NCBI GenBank assembly: GCA_963555825.3
Contig: CAUVXB020000002.1
Span: forward strand, 1,152,001-1,216,000
Origin: Alphaproteobacteria bacterium
Lineage (GTDB): Bacteria > Pseudomonadota > Alphaproteobacteria > JAAXGF01
Direction of reading: 5' to 3'
Length of the DNA: 64,000 nucleotides
The notes under the pieces were generated by a model, which was not told where the DNA came from, made no database searches, and worked only from the letters and a program-made list of their open reading frames with translations. Numbering within the stretch: position 1 is the stretch's first letter; the number at the start of each line of letters is the position of its first letter. Both the position numbers and the translations under genes were made by a program. Of this stretch, positions 29,266-40,653 are shown one piece after another.

Positions 29266-31030
29266 CGGCGACCGCGAGTGGCGACAGGCCATCGCGCAGC
29301 TTGGCCTCGATGTTCGCGACGGCGCCCTCCTCGGTGGGCTCTAGCACCAGTGCGCGGCGCCATTGGTAGCGCGCCTCGACATAGCGCCCGACGCGCCAAT
29401 AGGCGTCGCCCAGATGATCGTTGATCGTCGGGTCGTCGGGCCGGCGCTCGACGGCGCGCTCGAGCTGCCGCGTGGCGTCTTCGAACTTGTCCATGCGATA
29501 AAGCGCCCAACCCAGGCTGTCGATGATGTAGCCATCCTCGGGACGCAATTCGACGGCGCGCTCGATGAAGTCCAGGGCCTTGGCGAGGTTGATCCCCTGA
29601 TCGACCCACGAATAGCCCAGATAGTTGAGCACCGACGGCTGGTCGGGGGCGAGATCGAGCGCATCGAGGAAATCCTTTTCAGCCCGCAGCCACTGACGCG
29701 AACGCTCCAGCGCGATGCCGCGCGCATACAGGGACCGCCAGTGGCGCGGCTCGCGATCGCCGATGCGCGCGAGACCCTCATCGTAGGCCGCGACGGCATC
29801 GGCCCAGCGCTCCTTCGAGCGCAACAGATTGCCGAGCGCGAGCAGCGCATCAGAGCGATCGGGCCGCTCGTCGGCCATCCCACGCAGATGGGCGATCGCC
29901 TCGTCGGTGCGGTCGAGTGCATCCAGGTTGTTTGCGATCCTAAGGCGCACCGACCAGCTTAGCGGCGAGTTCTGCGACACCGCGCGGTAGGCGGCAATCG
30001 ATTCCTCGGGCCGTCCCTGGACCTCGAAAATATCGCCGATCAGAAGGTTGACCGCGTCGAAACCGGGCCGCAGATAGCCGGCCAACCGCGCATACAGCAT
30101 GGCGGCGTCGAGCGCGTTCTCCTGGTAAAGCGCGCTGGCGATGCCAAACAGTACCTCGGCCGCGCCATCGCGCTCGTTGCGCACCGTGCGCGGCGGGCGC
30201 ACGCCGGTCTCGAGCCGCATGATCGACGGTTCGAACCAGATGACACTTGGGTTGGTCTCGATATAGGTGCCGTACAGCTCGCGGGCCTCATCGATCCGCC
30301 CGGCGCGCTCGAGATACGAGCCGTAGCCCGAGACCGAACGAAAGCTGCCGCCCGATTCCGACATCACGATGAAACCGTACGCCGCGTCGGCCTCGTCGGC
30401 GTTGCCCGCGATATCGTGCACCAGCGCGCTGTGATACTGGCGGAAGACGGCGAAGCCTTCGCTCTCGGCCAGTTTATCGAGAATCGCGATGGCGCCCATG
30501 GTGTCGCCGTCGGCGACCTGCAGCCACGCCTGCAGAAGGGGAACCAGGAGCGTGTTGTAGCCATCCTTGGGCAACGCCTCGAGGCGGCCTCGCGCCGCCA
30601 CCGTGTCGCCCCGCTTGATCGCGTCGACCATGAGCGCGACGCCGCCGATCGAATCTTTCGGCCGAACATCGACCATGCGCCGGGCGATCGCCATCGCCTC
30701 GACCTCGCGCCCCTCGGCGTTGACCGCCAGGAAGGCTTGGCGCAGCAGGTCGAGATTGTCGGGATCCTCGGCGAGCGCTTGCGAGAAATACTTGGCCGCC
30801 GCGTCCATGTCGTTGTCGCGCCGCGCCAGCTTGCCGGCCAGATAGCTGCCGAGCGGTGAATCGATCTCGACCGGCTCCGCCTTGACCGGCGCGGGCATCG
30901 GCTCGGGCGTCGCCTGCGCCACTTGGGGCGGCTTGTTCTGCGGGCAGGCCGCGAGCAAAAGCGCCGCCAGGGCGACGATGGCGGTCGGCCGCGGGGCCAG
31001 GCAGCCCGGATGGGTCGGGGTGTCGGTCAC
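29252..31030 (-). CDS. TPR-repeat lipoprotein
   Basis: Lipobox LLAAC, LNYLGYSW, YIIDSLGW; usual neighbour of ispE. Confidence 0.88.
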   Translation of the reverse strand: MTDTPTHPGCLAPRPTAIVALAALLLAACPQNKPPQVAQATPEPMPAPVKAEPVEIDSPLGSYLAGKLARRDNDMDAAAKYFSQALAEDPDNLDLLRQAFLAVNAEGREVEAMAIARRMVDVRPKDSIGGVALMVDAIKRGDTVAARGRLEALPKDGYNTLLVPLLQAWLQVADGDTMGAIAILDKLAESEGFAVFRQYHSALVHDIAGNADEADAAYGFIVMSESGGSFRSVSGYGSYLERAGRIDEARELYGTYIETNPSVIWFEPSIMRLETGVRPPRTVRNERDGAAEVLFGIASALYQENALDAAMLYARLAGYLRPGFDAVNLLIGDIFEVQGRPEESIAAYRAVSQNSPLSWSVRLRIANNLDALDRTDEAIAHLRGMADERPDRSDALLALGNLLRSKERWADAVAAYDEGLARIGDREPRHWRSLYARGIALERSRQWLRAEKDFLDALDLAPDQPSVLNYLGYSWVDQGINLAKALDFIERAVELRPEDGYIIDSLGWALYRMDKFEDATRQLERAVERRPDDPTINDHLGDAYWRVGRYVEARYQWRRALVLEPTEEGAVANIEAKLRDGLSPLAVADGEG

Positions 31031-31169
31031 GATTTCAATCCTTGAACGCGGCAGGGGCCACGCGTCTTGTACATGAAAATACCACCGCTTGGGGCCCTTT
31101 GGGTATCATTTAAAAGGTATCGGCCGCCAGGCAAGTCGCCGTCGAAAGCGCGGCGTCTTGGATCGCCGC

Positions 31170-32801
31170 TCACATGTTCGGATAGTTCGGCCCGCCGCCG
31201 CCCTCGGGCGTCACCCAGTTGATGTTCTGGGTCGGGTCCTTGATGTCGCAGGTCTTGCAGTGCACGCAGTTCTGCGCGTTGATCTGCAGCCGCGGGTTCG
31301 AACCGTCGTCGTCGCGCAGGATCTCGTAGACGCCGGCCGGGCAGAAGCGCTGCTCGGGCGCGTCGTAGAGCGCCAGATTGGTGTCGATCGGCACCGCATC
31401 ATCAGCGAGCTGCAGGTGGACCGGCTGGTCCTCTTCATGCATCACGCCCGAAATGAAAACCGAAGAGTTCTTGTCGAAGCTGACCACGCCGTCGGCTTTG
31501 GGATAGTCGATCTTGCGGCATTCGCTCGCCGGCTTGAGGCTGGCGTGGTCGGGGTGGTGGCGGAAGGTCCAGGGCGCGCGGCCGCGCAGGATGTAGGTAT
31601 CGAGCGCGGCATAGGCGAGGCCGCCCCACAGGCCATGGCGGAAGCCCGGCCGGATGTTGCGCACGTGGTAGAGCTCGTCATGCGCCCAGGAATTCCTGAA
31701 CGCCGCCTCATAGCCATCGAGGGTCGCGTCGCCGCCGGTGCCGAGCGCCTCGAAGGCGGTCTCGGCGGCGAGCATGCCGGTCTTCATCGCGGTATGCGTC
31801 CCCTTGATCTTGGGCACGTTCAAGAATCCCGCGCCGCAGCCGATCAGCGCGCCGCCGGGGAACGTCAGCTTGGGGATCGACTGGTAGCCGCCCTCGTTCA
31901 GGGCGCGCGCGCCGTAGGCGATGCGCCGGCCGCCTTCGAAGGTGGGCCGGATCTTGGGGTGCGTCTTGAAGCGCTGGAACTCGTCGAACGGGCTTAAGTG
32001 CGGGTTCTGGTAGTCGAGCCCGATGACGAAGCCGACCGACACCTGATGGTCCTCGAGATGGTAGACGAACGAGCCGCCATAGGTACCGGCATCGAGCGGC
32101 CAGCCGATGGTGTGGACGATCGTACCCTGGCTGTGGCGCGCCGGATCGACCTCCCACAGCTCCTTGATGCCGATGCCGAAGGTCTGCGGATCGGTGTCGG
32201 CGCGCAGGTCGAACCGCTCGAACAGGCCCTTGGTCAGCGAGCCGCGGCAGCCCTCGGCGAACAGCGTGAAGCGCGCATGGAGTTCGATGCCCGGCTCGTG
32301 GTTCGGCTTGGCCGAACCGTCCTTGGCGATGCCCATGTCGGGCGTCGCGACGCCGCGCACGCGGCCGTCGTCGGCGTAGAGCACCTCGCCGGCCGGAAAG
32401 CCCGGGTAGATCTCGACGCCGAGCGCCTCGGCCTGCTCACCGAGCCAGCGGCAGAAATTGCCGAGGCTGACGATGTAGTTGCCGTCGTTGTGCATCTGCG
32501 GCGGCGTCGGCAGCGAAATGCCGCCCTTTTCGGTGAGCAGCAGGAAGCGGTCGTCGCCGGCCGGCGTGTCGAGCGGCGCGCCGCGCTCCCGCCAGTCAGG
32601 CATCAGCTCGTTCAGGGCGCGCGGCTCGAGCACCGCGCCCGACAGGATATGCGCGCCGACCTCGGCGCCCTTCTCGAGGACGCAGACCGAGACCTCGCGG
32701 CCCTCGGCCTCGGCCAGCTGCTTGAGGCGGATCGCCGCGGCCAGCCCCGACGGGCCGGCGCCGACGATGACCACGTCGTATGCCATGAATTCGCGTTCCA
32801 T
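31170..32801 (-). CDS. Electron transfer flavoprotein-ubiquinone oxidoreductase
   Basis: [16 protein letters not shown]-terminal FCPAGVYE...[13 protein letters not shown]. Confidence 0.96.
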   Translation of the reverse strand: MEREFMAYDVVIVGAGPSGLAAAIRLKQLAEAEGREVSVCVLEKGAEVGAHILSGAVLEPRALNELMPDWRERGAPLDTPAGDDRFLLLTEKGGISLPTPPQMHNDGNYIVSLGNFCRWLGEQAEALGVEIYPGFPAGEVLYADDGRVRGVATPDMGIAKDGSAKPNHEPGIELHARFTLFAEGCRGSLTKGLFERFDLRADTDPQTFGIGIKELWEVDPARHSQGTIVHTIGWPLDAGTYGGSFVYHLEDHQVSVGFVIGLDYQNPHLSPFDEFQRFKTHPKIRPTFEGGRRIAYGARALNEGGYQSIPKLTFPGGALIGCGAGFLNVPKIKGTHTAMKTGMLAAETAFEALGTGGDATLDGYEAAFRNSWAHDELYHVRNIRPGFRHGLWGGLAYAALDTYILRGRAPWTFRHHPDHASLKPASECRKIDYPKADGVVSFDKNSSVFISGVMHEEDQPVHLQLADDAVPIDTNLALYDAPEQRFCPAGVYEILRDDDGSNPRLQINAQNCVHCKTCDIKDPTQNINWVTPEGGGGPNYPNM

Positions 32802-32832
32802 CGCCCCCTCCCGAGCAGACCGAAGATCAAAA

Positions 32833-32968
32833 GCATAATCCGATCGATTGGGTTCGGTAGGATTATGCCAGCCCGCGACTGCGGGCCGCCGCCCCTGCGG
32901 CGAAAGCAAGCGCGGCGATTGAGCGCAGGTCAGCTTTACGCAGTAAAGATGACCGCACAAAGGTCTAG
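32833..32968 (+). repeat. Structured intergenic repeat, family A, copy 2
   Basis: CAGCCCGCG, GGGCCGCCG, GCGCGGCGATTGAGCGCAGGTCAGCTTTACGCAGTAAAGATGACCGCAC. Confidence 0.8.
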
Positions 32969-33061
32969 CCCGAGGTTATGCCGCCCTTACCCCGGCCGGT
33001 CAATCGCCGTCATGCGCCGGCCTCGCTGGTGGTGCGTTAGGGGCCGTGATAAGTTCGCCGC

Positions 33062-33853
33062 ATGACCGCCCAGCCACGCCCCGAAGACCTTCTGGACTGG
33101 TATATCGAGACCGGCGCCGACGAGGCGATCGGCGACACACCGGTCGACCGATTCGCGGCCTCGAAAGCCGGGACGCAGCGCGCCGCGCCACCCGCCGGCG
33201 CCAAGCCCGCGGCACCGCGCGCGCCGGCCGCGCCGCCGGCCGCGACGGCGACGCGCGAGATCGCCGCCGCCTGCGACACGGTCGAGGCGCTGGTCGCGGC
33301 GATCCAGGATTTCGACGGCTGCGCGTTGAAAGAGACCGCGACCAACACCGTAATCGCCGACGGCAATGCGGAAACGGCGCGGGTGATGTTCGTCGGCGAG
33401 GCGCCCGGCGCGGCGGAAGACCGCCGCGGCCTGCCCTTCGTCGGGCCTGCCGGACAGCTCCTCGACCGCATGCTGGCGGCGATCGGCATGGACCGCGCGA
33501 CCGCCTACATCTCGAACATGATCTTCTGGCGGCCGCCCGGCAACCGCACGCCGACCGCCGACGAGATCGCCATGTGCCTGGCCTTCACCCAGCGCCATAT
33601 CGAGCTGGTCGCGCCCGAGGTGCTGGTGCCGATCGGCGGCATTTCGGCCAAGGCGCTGCTCGGCCGCGCCGAGGGCATCACCCGGCTGCGCGGTACCTGG
33701 CACAGCTACCAGAGCCCCGGTCTCGCGGAACCGATCCCGGCCATCGCGACCTTCCACTCTGCCTATCTGCTGCGCCAGCCGGCCAAGAAACGCGAGGTCT
33801 GGTGCGACCTGCTGGCCATCAAGGCCCGCCTCGACGAGGCCGACGCGGCCTGA
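33062..33853 (+). CDS. Uracil-DNA glycosylase family 4
   Basis: MFVGEAPG, PFVGPAG, WRPPGNRTP, TFHSAYLLR. Confidence 0.92.
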   Translation: MTAQPRPEDLLDWYIETGADEAIGDTPVDRFAASKAGTQRAAPPAGAKPAAPRAPAAPPAATATREIAAACDTVEALVAAIQDFDGCALKETATNTVIADGNAETARVMFVGEAPGAAEDRRGLPFVGPAGQLLDRMLAAIGMDRATAYISNMIFWRPPGNRTPTADEIAMCLAFTQRHIELVAPEVLVPIGGISAKALLGRAEGITRLRGTWHSYQSPGLAEPIPAIATFHSAYLLRQPAKKREVWCDLLAIKARLDEADAA

Positions 33854-34254
33854 TCCCGGCCGCCGCCAACGACGCGCTCGCCACCGTCTTCAGCCTCCCG
33901 ATGCTGCTGGTCGCCACGCGCTGTTTCGAATTCGGCGTCTGACGACGCGGTCAGAGCCCGCCTTTAGGCGCGACCCGACTCTCATGGCGAGCTGGACCCA
34001 TGCGCATCGCGTGATCAATTTTCGCCTTGCTCATTGGTGTGACGCCGCCACGAAAGATTGACCAGGGGTACCGGATAAATGGTTCGAGAGGTAGGCTGCC
34101 TACGGCAGCGTCCTGGCGACGCGGAGACCAAGATCATTGCGCCGTCTGGCAGCCCAAACTCTATCGAATTTGCGGGCCGAATGCCTCGACACGATTCGAA
34201 GTAACCGTCACGACAAGATAAGAATTGTCAAAATAACATCAACATCTTTCCAAT

Positions 34255-36366
34255 CTATTCCAAATAATCATTAAAACACGTAAGCAACATTTTTGCAACT
34301 CTAATTCCGATTTTGCTTGGCATACTATTATAATTAAATACTCCGTAACTTGGCGCATACTCTTTAAATTTCCGTGCTGGTAAATATAGCTGCATATTCG
34401 ACATCCAACACTCGCACACTTCTTTCCCAATTCCCTCAAGATCCAATTCGTTCAATTCATAAATACATTGATTCTTCGTGGCTCTTAGTGCACCAGATGA
34501 TATTCGGTCGGATGACGGCTCAACCCGAAATGTGCGCACTTCCCGGTCGGCATCCCTTATTTTATCCTTCACCAATCTGATTTGCTCTATTGTGGAATTT
34601 TGATCTAAACGGCCCAGATACTTAACAATATTTCTTGTCCACTGCTCAACTTCCCGAGCTCTCTTTGCTCTTGTCATATTCTGAGTGGGCGGCGGCACAA
34701 CGGCGGCGGTCTGTGCATCCTTGAGTTTCTTTGCCGCTCGGCGTTCCTTCTCGGCGGCAACGCGCTCGGCTTCCTTGCGTCGGGCTTCTTTGGCAGCTTT
34801 GCGCTTGGCTTCTTCCGCCGCCTTGCGTTCGGCGTCGCGGCGTTCGGCTTCCCTGCGCTGTGCTTCCATAATAGCCGTCAATCTTGCACGGGCGAGCGCG
34901 GCGAAGTGACCTTCGGGGTGCTGCCGCAGATAGGCTTCGTAATCGACGGGGTTCGGGCTGTCCTTGATCGACTCCCAAAACGCGAGGTCTAGACCAGCGG
35001 GCTCGGGTGCCGGTGCCGGCGTGACGAGGTCGCGCTTTACCCTCGCTCGCTCCGCGAAATGCTGATCGGGAAAGTTCGCGAGGAATGTCACGAAGTCAGC
35101 GTGATCGGAAGAGTTGGCGATGCTCTCCCACGCTGCAAGCTCACCCGGATCGATCTGCTTGATCAGGGCCCCGAAGACGAAGGCGGTCTCGCCCTTGTAC
35201 TCCATGCGGTACCAGTTCGTGTCCTTGACCTTGCCGGTCACCGCGACGGCATCGTCGCGTGACAGTCGCCCGACGCGGCTGGACTCGGTGGTCGGCTCGG
35301 CGCGGACATTCGAGGTCTTGAGCGCCACGAAGGTCGCGTCCATTTCCTCGACCTGGATGCTGGGCTCTGGCGGTGGAATGATTGCCGCGGTCTGTGTCTC
35401 CTGCCTCGAAGGCGCCTTCAGTGCATCACGCTTGAGCGTCGCTATGTTTGCGAACGCCCCGTTTGGATAGCTCTGCAAATATGCCTCAAACATCGCGGGA
35501 TCCGTGCTGTTCTGGATTGACTGCCAGAACACGGTCTCCTGTTGCGTCGCTGCGGCGGTATCGCTGGTCGCCGACACCTCGGGCGCCTCCACCGTGACCG
35601 CTACGCTGACGCGGAAATAGAAGTCCGCCCCCGTCATCGACGACTCTTCCCACGGCGTCTGCTTGCCCTTGGTCTCCTCCCTCACGGCGTCGCGCACCAG
35701 CTTGAACACCTTCTCGGCTGGCAGACCGGGCGTTTGCATCACCCGTGACAGGGCCAGCGTGTACGGGCTGTTCGCGCCGTCACCGTCGACCGCGACGTCG
35801 CCCGGCCCGGTCGAGTAGGCGACGAGGCTGCCGGTCGGCGCGTTCATCTTGGCCAGGCCGCGCAATTGCGAACGGAAGCTCCGCGTCATCGGGTTGTTGC
35901 GGCAGGCGTCGAGGATTACGAAGTTCACCCGGTTGCCGGCGAACTCCATCTGCCCGAGCACCCAGCTGGCGCCGACCGCCTCGATGGCGACGTGGCGCTC
36001 CCTCTCGATCTCGGCGTTCAACGGGATGAGGTAGTTCTGGCCTTCGACCTGGACGCCGTGGCCGGCGTAGTAGAACAGGCCGACGGCATCCTTGCCCGCC
36101 GCTTCGAGCCGGTCGCCCAACTCGAAGATGGCGAGTTTCATCTCTCTCTGGTTGGCATCGACGCGCTCGATGACATCGAAGCCGAGCCCGCGCAGCGTCT
36201 CGGCCATGAGACGCGCGTCGTTGGCCGGGTTTGCCAGCGGTGCGTCGGCGTACGCGCTGTTGCCGATGACCAGCGCGACGCGCGGCTCGGGCACCGCCGC
36301 TGTCGCAATGTTCATCGCGCCGAATAGAACGAGGACCAGCGCGACGGCTGCTGCCAGACGTTTCAT
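34255..36366 (-). CDS. Secreted caspase-like (peptidase C14) protein with repeats, SH3b domain and variable C-terminus
   Basis: Signal peptide; RVALVIGN, YYAGHG, ILDACR; NVRAEP...VTGKV..WY SH3b-like. Confidence 0.88.
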   Translation of the reverse strand: MKRLAAAVALVLVLFGAMNIATAAVPEPRVALVIGNSAYADAPLANPANDARLMAETLRGLGFDVIERVDANQREMKLAIFELGDRLEAAGKDAVGLFYYAGHGVQVEGQNYLIPLNAEIERERHVAIEAVGASWVLGQMEFAGNRVNFVILDACRNNPMTRSFRSQLRGLAKMNAPTGSLVAYSTGPGDVAVDGDGANSPYTLALSRVMQTPGLPAEKVFKLVRDAVREETKGKQTPWEESSMTGADFYFRVSVAVTVEAPEVSATSDTAAATQQETVFWQSIQNSTDPAMFEAYLQSYPNGAFANIATLKRDALKAPSRQETQTAAIIPPPEPSIQVEEMDATFVALKTSNVRAEPTTESSRVGRLSRDDAVAVTGKVKDTNWYRMEYKGETAFVFGALIKQIDPGELAAWESIANSSDHADFVTFLANFPDQHFAERARVKRDLVTPAPAPEPAGLDLAFWESIKDSPNPVDYEAYLRQHPEGHFAALARARLTAIMEAQRREAERRDAERKAAEEAKRKAAKEARRKEAERVAAEKERRAAKKLKDAQTAAVVPPPTQNMTRAKRAREVEQWTRNIVKYLGRLDQNSTIEQIRLVKDKIRDADREVRTFRVEPSSDRISSGALRATKNQCIYELNELDLEGIGKEVCECWMSNMQLYLPARKFKEYAPSYGVFNYNSMPSKIGIRVAKMLLTCFNDYLE

Positions 36367-36497
36367 CGCATCGTCCTCAACCGGAATTGGCAGTCTACCA
36401 CGGCGCCCTAAGAGCGGCCAACCGGCGCATCGCCGGCTTGCCGCGGCACGGGCGAGGCCTTATGATCGCCGCGGCGGGACGATAACAACGGGGCGAA

Positions 36498-38342
36498 ATG
36501 CCGGTGAGTATGGCTGCTGCCCGGCGCCTTCGGTGGTGGGTGCTTCGGGCCTTTTTTGTGGCGATCCTGGGGGGACTCGCGGGCGGTGAGGCGACCGCCG
36601 AGCCATCGGTGCTGCGCGTCGCCGTGGCGCCCGACGGCACCGACGGCGTGGAACGCGAGGTCGCCCTGCCTGGCGTGCTCGGCGCGCGCGATGTCGAGCG
36701 CTACAAACGCATCTTCGAGGTCCAGGAAATCGGCGACTGGCACGCCGCGAACCACGAGATCGAGCAGCTCGACGATCGCATCCTGATGGGCCATGTCATG
36801 GTCCAGCGCTACATGCATCCGACCGCCTACCGCTCGAAGTTCAAGGAGCTCAGCGACTGGTTGGAGGCCTACGCCGACCACCCGCAGGCCAAGCGCGTCT
36901 ATCGCCTGGCGATGCGCCGCAAGCCGGCCGCGGCGCGCGCGCCGCGTAAGCCGGTGCTGCCGATCCAGCCCAAGCTCGACAATGGCGAGGCGGCGCCGAA
37001 GACCGGCTACAAATCGCCGCGCAAGCCGACCAAGGCGCAGCGGGGCAAGCTGATCGCGATCATCAAGGACATGCGCCGGCACATCCGGCGCGGCCAGGTG
37101 AAGCGCGCCGCCGTACACCTGTGGGCGGCCGACTTCAAGGGTCTCGCCGACGAGTTCGAGTTCGACACGCTAAGGCGCGATATCGCGCATGGCTTCCTGA
37201 TTACGGGCGACGACGCCAAGGCGTTCGAGTATGCCGACGCGAGCGCCCAACGCTCGGGCGAAGCGGTCCCACTGGCGCATTGGACGGCGGGACTCGCCGC
37301 CTACCGCCTCGGCGAGCTCGACGCCGCGCGCGAGCATTTCGAGGCGCTCGCCCGCTCCGACGTCGCCGCGACCGAAACGATTGCCGCGGGCGGTTACTGG
37401 GCGGCGCGCGTTAACCTGATCACGCGCAAGCCGCAACGTGTCAGCCGATTCCTCAAGATCGCCGCGACCGAGCCGCGTAGCTTCTATGGCCTGCTCGCGC
37501 TGCGCGCGCTGGCAGAGGATCCTGGTTTCACCTGGCAGGCGCCGCGGCTGACCGAGCGCGACCTCGAGATCGTGCGCCGCGTGCCCGCCGCGATCCGTGC
37601 CTTGGCGCTCGCGCAAGCTCATCAACACGAGCGCGCCGAGTTGGAGCTGCGCCGGCTCAGGGCCGACGCCAGTCCTGCGCTCGGCAGGGCGATGCTCGCG
37701 ATCGCGACGCAGCTTCGGCTGCCGGCGGCCCAGCTACGCATCGCCAGATCGCTCAGTAGATTGGACGGACGACGCCACGACGGCGGGCTCTACCCGCTCG
37801 CTGCCTGGGTGCCCGAGGGCGGCTACCGGGTCGACCGCGCCTTGATCTATGCGCTGATGCGCCAGGAATCGCAGTTCAACGCGCGCGCCAAGAGCCGCGC
37901 CGGCGCGCGTGGCCTGATGCAGCTGATGCCGTCGACCGCCTCGTTCATCTCGGGCGACCGGCGCTACCGCAAGAGCCACAGGAACAAACTGTTCGATCCG
38001 GCGATCAACATCGAGCTCGGTCAGACCTACATCCTGCACCTCGCCGCGCAGCCCGAGATCGCCGACAACCTGTTTTACCTGGTCGCCGCCTACAACGGCG
38101 GACCGGGCAACCTGAACAAGTGGCGCCGCCGCCAGGCGCAGGACGACGACCCGCTGCTGTTCGTCGAGACCCTGCCGTCGCGCGAGACGCGCGGCTTCAT
38201 CAAGAGCGTGTTCACCAACTTCTGGGCCTATCGCGCACAGCTCGGCCAGGCGACGCCGTCGCTCGACGCCGTCGCCGGCGGTCGCTGGCCGACCTATGTG
38301 CCGCTCGACCCGACATCGGTCGCCGTCAATGCCGGGAACTGA
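36498..38342 (+). CDS. Soluble lytic transglycosylase
   Basis: MRQESQF, GLMQLMP, AAYNGG, ETRGFI. Confidence 0.92.
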   Translation: MPVSMAAARRLRWWVLRAFFVAILGGLAGGEATAEPSVLRVAVAPDGTDGVEREVALPGVLGARDVERYKRIFEVQEIGDWHAANHEIEQLDDRILMGHVMVQRYMHPTAYRSKFKELSDWLEAYADHPQAKRVYRLAMRRKPAAARAPRKPVLPIQPKLDNGEAAPKTGYKSPRKPTKAQRGKLIAIIKDMRRHIRRGQVKRAAVHLWAADFKGLADEFEFDTLRRDIAHGFLITGDDAKAFEYADASAQRSGEAVPLAHWTAGLAAYRLGELDAAREHFEALARSDVAATETIAAGGYWAARVNLITRKPQRVSRFLKIAATEPRSFYGLLALRALAEDPGFTWQAPRLTERDLEIVRRVPAAIRALALAQAHQHERAELELRRLRADASPALGRAMLAIATQLRLPAAQLRIARSLSRLDGRRHDGGLYPLAAWVPEGGYRVDRALIYALMRQESQFNARAKSRAGARGLMQLMPSTASFISGDRRYRKSHRNKLFDPAINIELGQTYILHLAAQPEIADNLFYLVAAYNGGPGNLNKWRRRQAQDDDPLLFVETLPSRETRGFIKSVFTNFWAYRAQLGQATPSLDAVAGGRWPTYVPLDPTSVAVNAGN

Positions 38343-38868
38343 GAGCGGCCGGCCCTTCATCCCGGTCAACATCGCGGTGCTGACCGTTTCGGACACACGC
38401 ACCGAGGCCGACGACACCTCCGGGCAGACCCTGGTCGATCGCATCGCGAACGCCGGCCACAAGCTGGTCGACCGCGCTATCGTCACCGACGACGAGGCCG
38501 CCATCGTCGCCCGGCTCGGGGCCTGGATCGCCGATCCGGATGTCGACGTCGTCATCGCCACCGGCGGTACCGGACTGACCGGGCGCGACGTCACGCCCGA
38601 GGCGTTCCACGCGGTCTACGAGAAGGAAATCGCCGGCTTCGGCGAGCTGTTCCGCATGATCAGCTTCCAAAAGATCAAGACCTCGACGATCCAGTCGCGC
38701 GCTACCGCGGGCGTCGCAGGCGGCACCTATCTGTTTGCCCTGCCCGGCTCGCCCGGCGCCTGCCGCGACGGCTGGGACGAGATCCTCGAGGCCCAGCTCG
38801 ATTACCGCCACAAGCCGTGCAATTTCGTCGAGCTGATGCCCCGGCTCGAGGAGCACCGCAAGAGCTAG
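38329..38868 (+). CDS. moaB: Molybdenum cofactor biosynthesis protein B
   Basis: [36 protein letters not shown]. Confidence 0.93.
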   Translation: MPGTESGRPFIPVNIAVLTVSDTRTEADDTSGQTLVDRIANAGHKLVDRAIVTDDEAAIVARLGAWIADPDVDVVIATGGTGLTGRDVTPEAFHAVYEKEIAGFGELFRMISFQKIKTSTIQSRATAGVAGGTYLFALPGSPGACRDGWDEILEAQLDYRHKPCNFVELMPRLEEHRKS

Positions 38869-38883
38869 CCTGGGATTCTCACC

Positions 38884-40443
38884 ATGACGGCAAAGGGCGT
38901 CGTCGCCTGCGGCAACCCGATCACCGCCGATACCGCCGCCGAGGTGCTGCGCGAGGGCGGCAATGCGTTCGACGCGGCGCTCGCCGCGATGTGCGCGGCC
39001 TGCGTCGCCGAGCCGGTGCTGTGCTCGCTCGGCGGCGGCGGCTTCCTGCTCGCCCGGCCGGCCGAAGGCGAGTCCCGGCTCTACGACTTCTTCACCCACA
39101 CGCCGGCGGACCCGCGCCCGGCCGACGAGATCGAGTTCTACGCCAAGCACGCCGACTTCGGGCCGGCGCGCCAGGAATTCCACATCGGCATGGGCTCGAT
39201 CGCCGTGCCGGGCCTGGTCAAGGGGCTGTTCACGGCGCATGACGAACTCGGCTGGATGCCGATGCGCCGCATCGTCGAACCGGCGGCGGCGCTGGCGCGC
39301 GACGGCGTGGCGATCGAGCCGTTGCAGGCGCGCATCTTCGAGTTCATCGGCGCGATCTATCTGGCGACCGAGGCATCGCGCGCCCTGTTCGGCAGCGCGC
39401 TCGAGGACGGCGCGCTGTTGCAGGCCGGCGAGCGCTACCGCGCGCCCGACTTCGCCGACGCGCTCGAAGCGATCGCCCGGGAAGGCGCGGACCTGTTCTA
39501 CCGGGGCGATATCGCCGCGCGCATCCTGAGTGATTGCCGCGACAACGGCGGTCATCTGACCCGGACCGACCTCGACGCATACCGAGTAGCGCGGCGCGCG
39601 CCGTTGATTTGGCGCTACCGCGGCGCCGAGATCGCGACCAACCCGCCGCCGTCGTCGGGCGGCGTGCTGATCGCCTTCGCGCTCGGCCTGATCGAGCCCG
39701 CCGACTTCGCGGCGGCCGGCTTGGGCAGCGCCCAGGCGCTCGGCTGGCTGGCCCGCGCCATGCGCCAGACCAACCGCGCGCGGATCGAGCGCCACATCCA
39801 CGACCTCGCCCACGACGAGGTCGCCGCCGATCTGCTGGCGCCCGAGCTGATCGCCGCCTACCGCGATGGCGTGATCGGCGCGCCGCCCGCGACGCGCGGC
39901 ACGACGCATATCAACGTCATCGACGGCGCCGGCAACGCGGTGGCGCTCAGCGTCTCGAACGGCGAGGGTTCGGCTTATATCGTGCCGGGCACCGGCATCA
40001 TGCTGAACAACATGCTCGGCGAGGAAGACGTCAACCCGACCGGTTTCCACAACTGGCCGCCGGCACGGCGTATGTCGTCGATGATGGCGCCGTCCATGCT
40101 GCGCGATGCATCGGGACGGGTCACCGCGTTGGGCAGCGGCGGCTCGAACCGCATCCGCACCGCGCTGCTCCAGGTCCTGGTCGGGCTGATCGACTTCGAG
40201 ATGGCGCTCGACGCCGCCATCCATGCGCCGCGCCTGCACCTCGAGGACGATTTGTTGAACGTCGAGGCGGGCTTCGCGCCCGAAGCGGTCGCCGCGCTGA
40301 CGCGCGAGTTCCCCGAACAGAAACCCTGGCCGCCCGGCAACATGTTCTTCGGCGGCGTCCACGCCGCCTCGGTCGACCAGGCGCTCAAATCCTTCGTCGG
40401 CGCCGGCGACCCGCGCCGCGGCGGTGTGGCGGTCACGCTCTAG
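38884..40443 (+). CDS. Gamma-glutamyltransferase family protein
   Basis: GGNAFDAA, GTTHINVID, LNNMLG, SMMAP, GSGGS. Confidence 0.9.
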   Translation: MTAKGVVACGNPITADTAAEVLREGGNAFDAALAAMCAACVAEPVLCSLGGGGFLLARPAEGESRLYDFFTHTPADPRPADEIEFYAKHADFGPARQEFHIGMGSIAVPGLVKGLFTAHDELGWMPMRRIVEPAAALARDGVAIEPLQARIFEFIGAIYLATEASRALFGSALEDGALLQAGERYRAPDFADALEAIAREGADLFYRGDIAARILSDCRDNGGHLTRTDLDAYRVARRAPLIWRYRGAEIATNPPPSSGGVLIAFALGLIEPADFAAAGLGSAQALGWLARAMRQTNRARIERHIHDLAHDEVAADLLAPELIAAYRDGVIGAPPATRGTTHINVIDGAGNAVALSVSNGEGSAYIVPGTGIMLNNMLGEEDVNPTGFHNWPPARRMSSMMAPSMLRDASGRVTALGSGGSNRIRTALLQVLVGLIDFEMALDAAIHAPRLHLEDDLLNVEAGFAPEAVAALTREFPEQKPWPPGNMFFGGVHAASVDQALKSFVGAGDPRRGGVAVTL

Positions 40444-40480
40444 CGCACCCGTCGATCGAGGCAACGCGCAGCAATGACCG

Positions 40481-40653
40481 TGACGTAATACTTACCAATT
40501 GGTGACAAACACGATAATTAAGGGGACGTGATGCTTAATTCAAACCAATTACATATACTGTCACCATATAAATAAGTATCACGTCCCCGTAATTATTCTA
40601 CTAATTGTTCTTGTTTAATGATTTCCCTTGGTTTTGGCACGTCCCCCGAATTT
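40481..40653. repeat. AT-rich cluster of GGGGACGTGAT(A/G)CTTA-type inverted repeats
   Basis: ATAATTAAGGGGACGTGATGCTTA (40514-40537) versus TAAGTATCACGTCCCCGTAATTAT (40573-40596); partial copies at 40481 and 40638. Confidence 0.7.

Noticed and set aside
32802-32960. N-terminal extension of ETF-QO ([17 protein letters not shown], also seen in 62469-63062)
   Set aside because: It is the translation of the family A repeat, not a protein segment.
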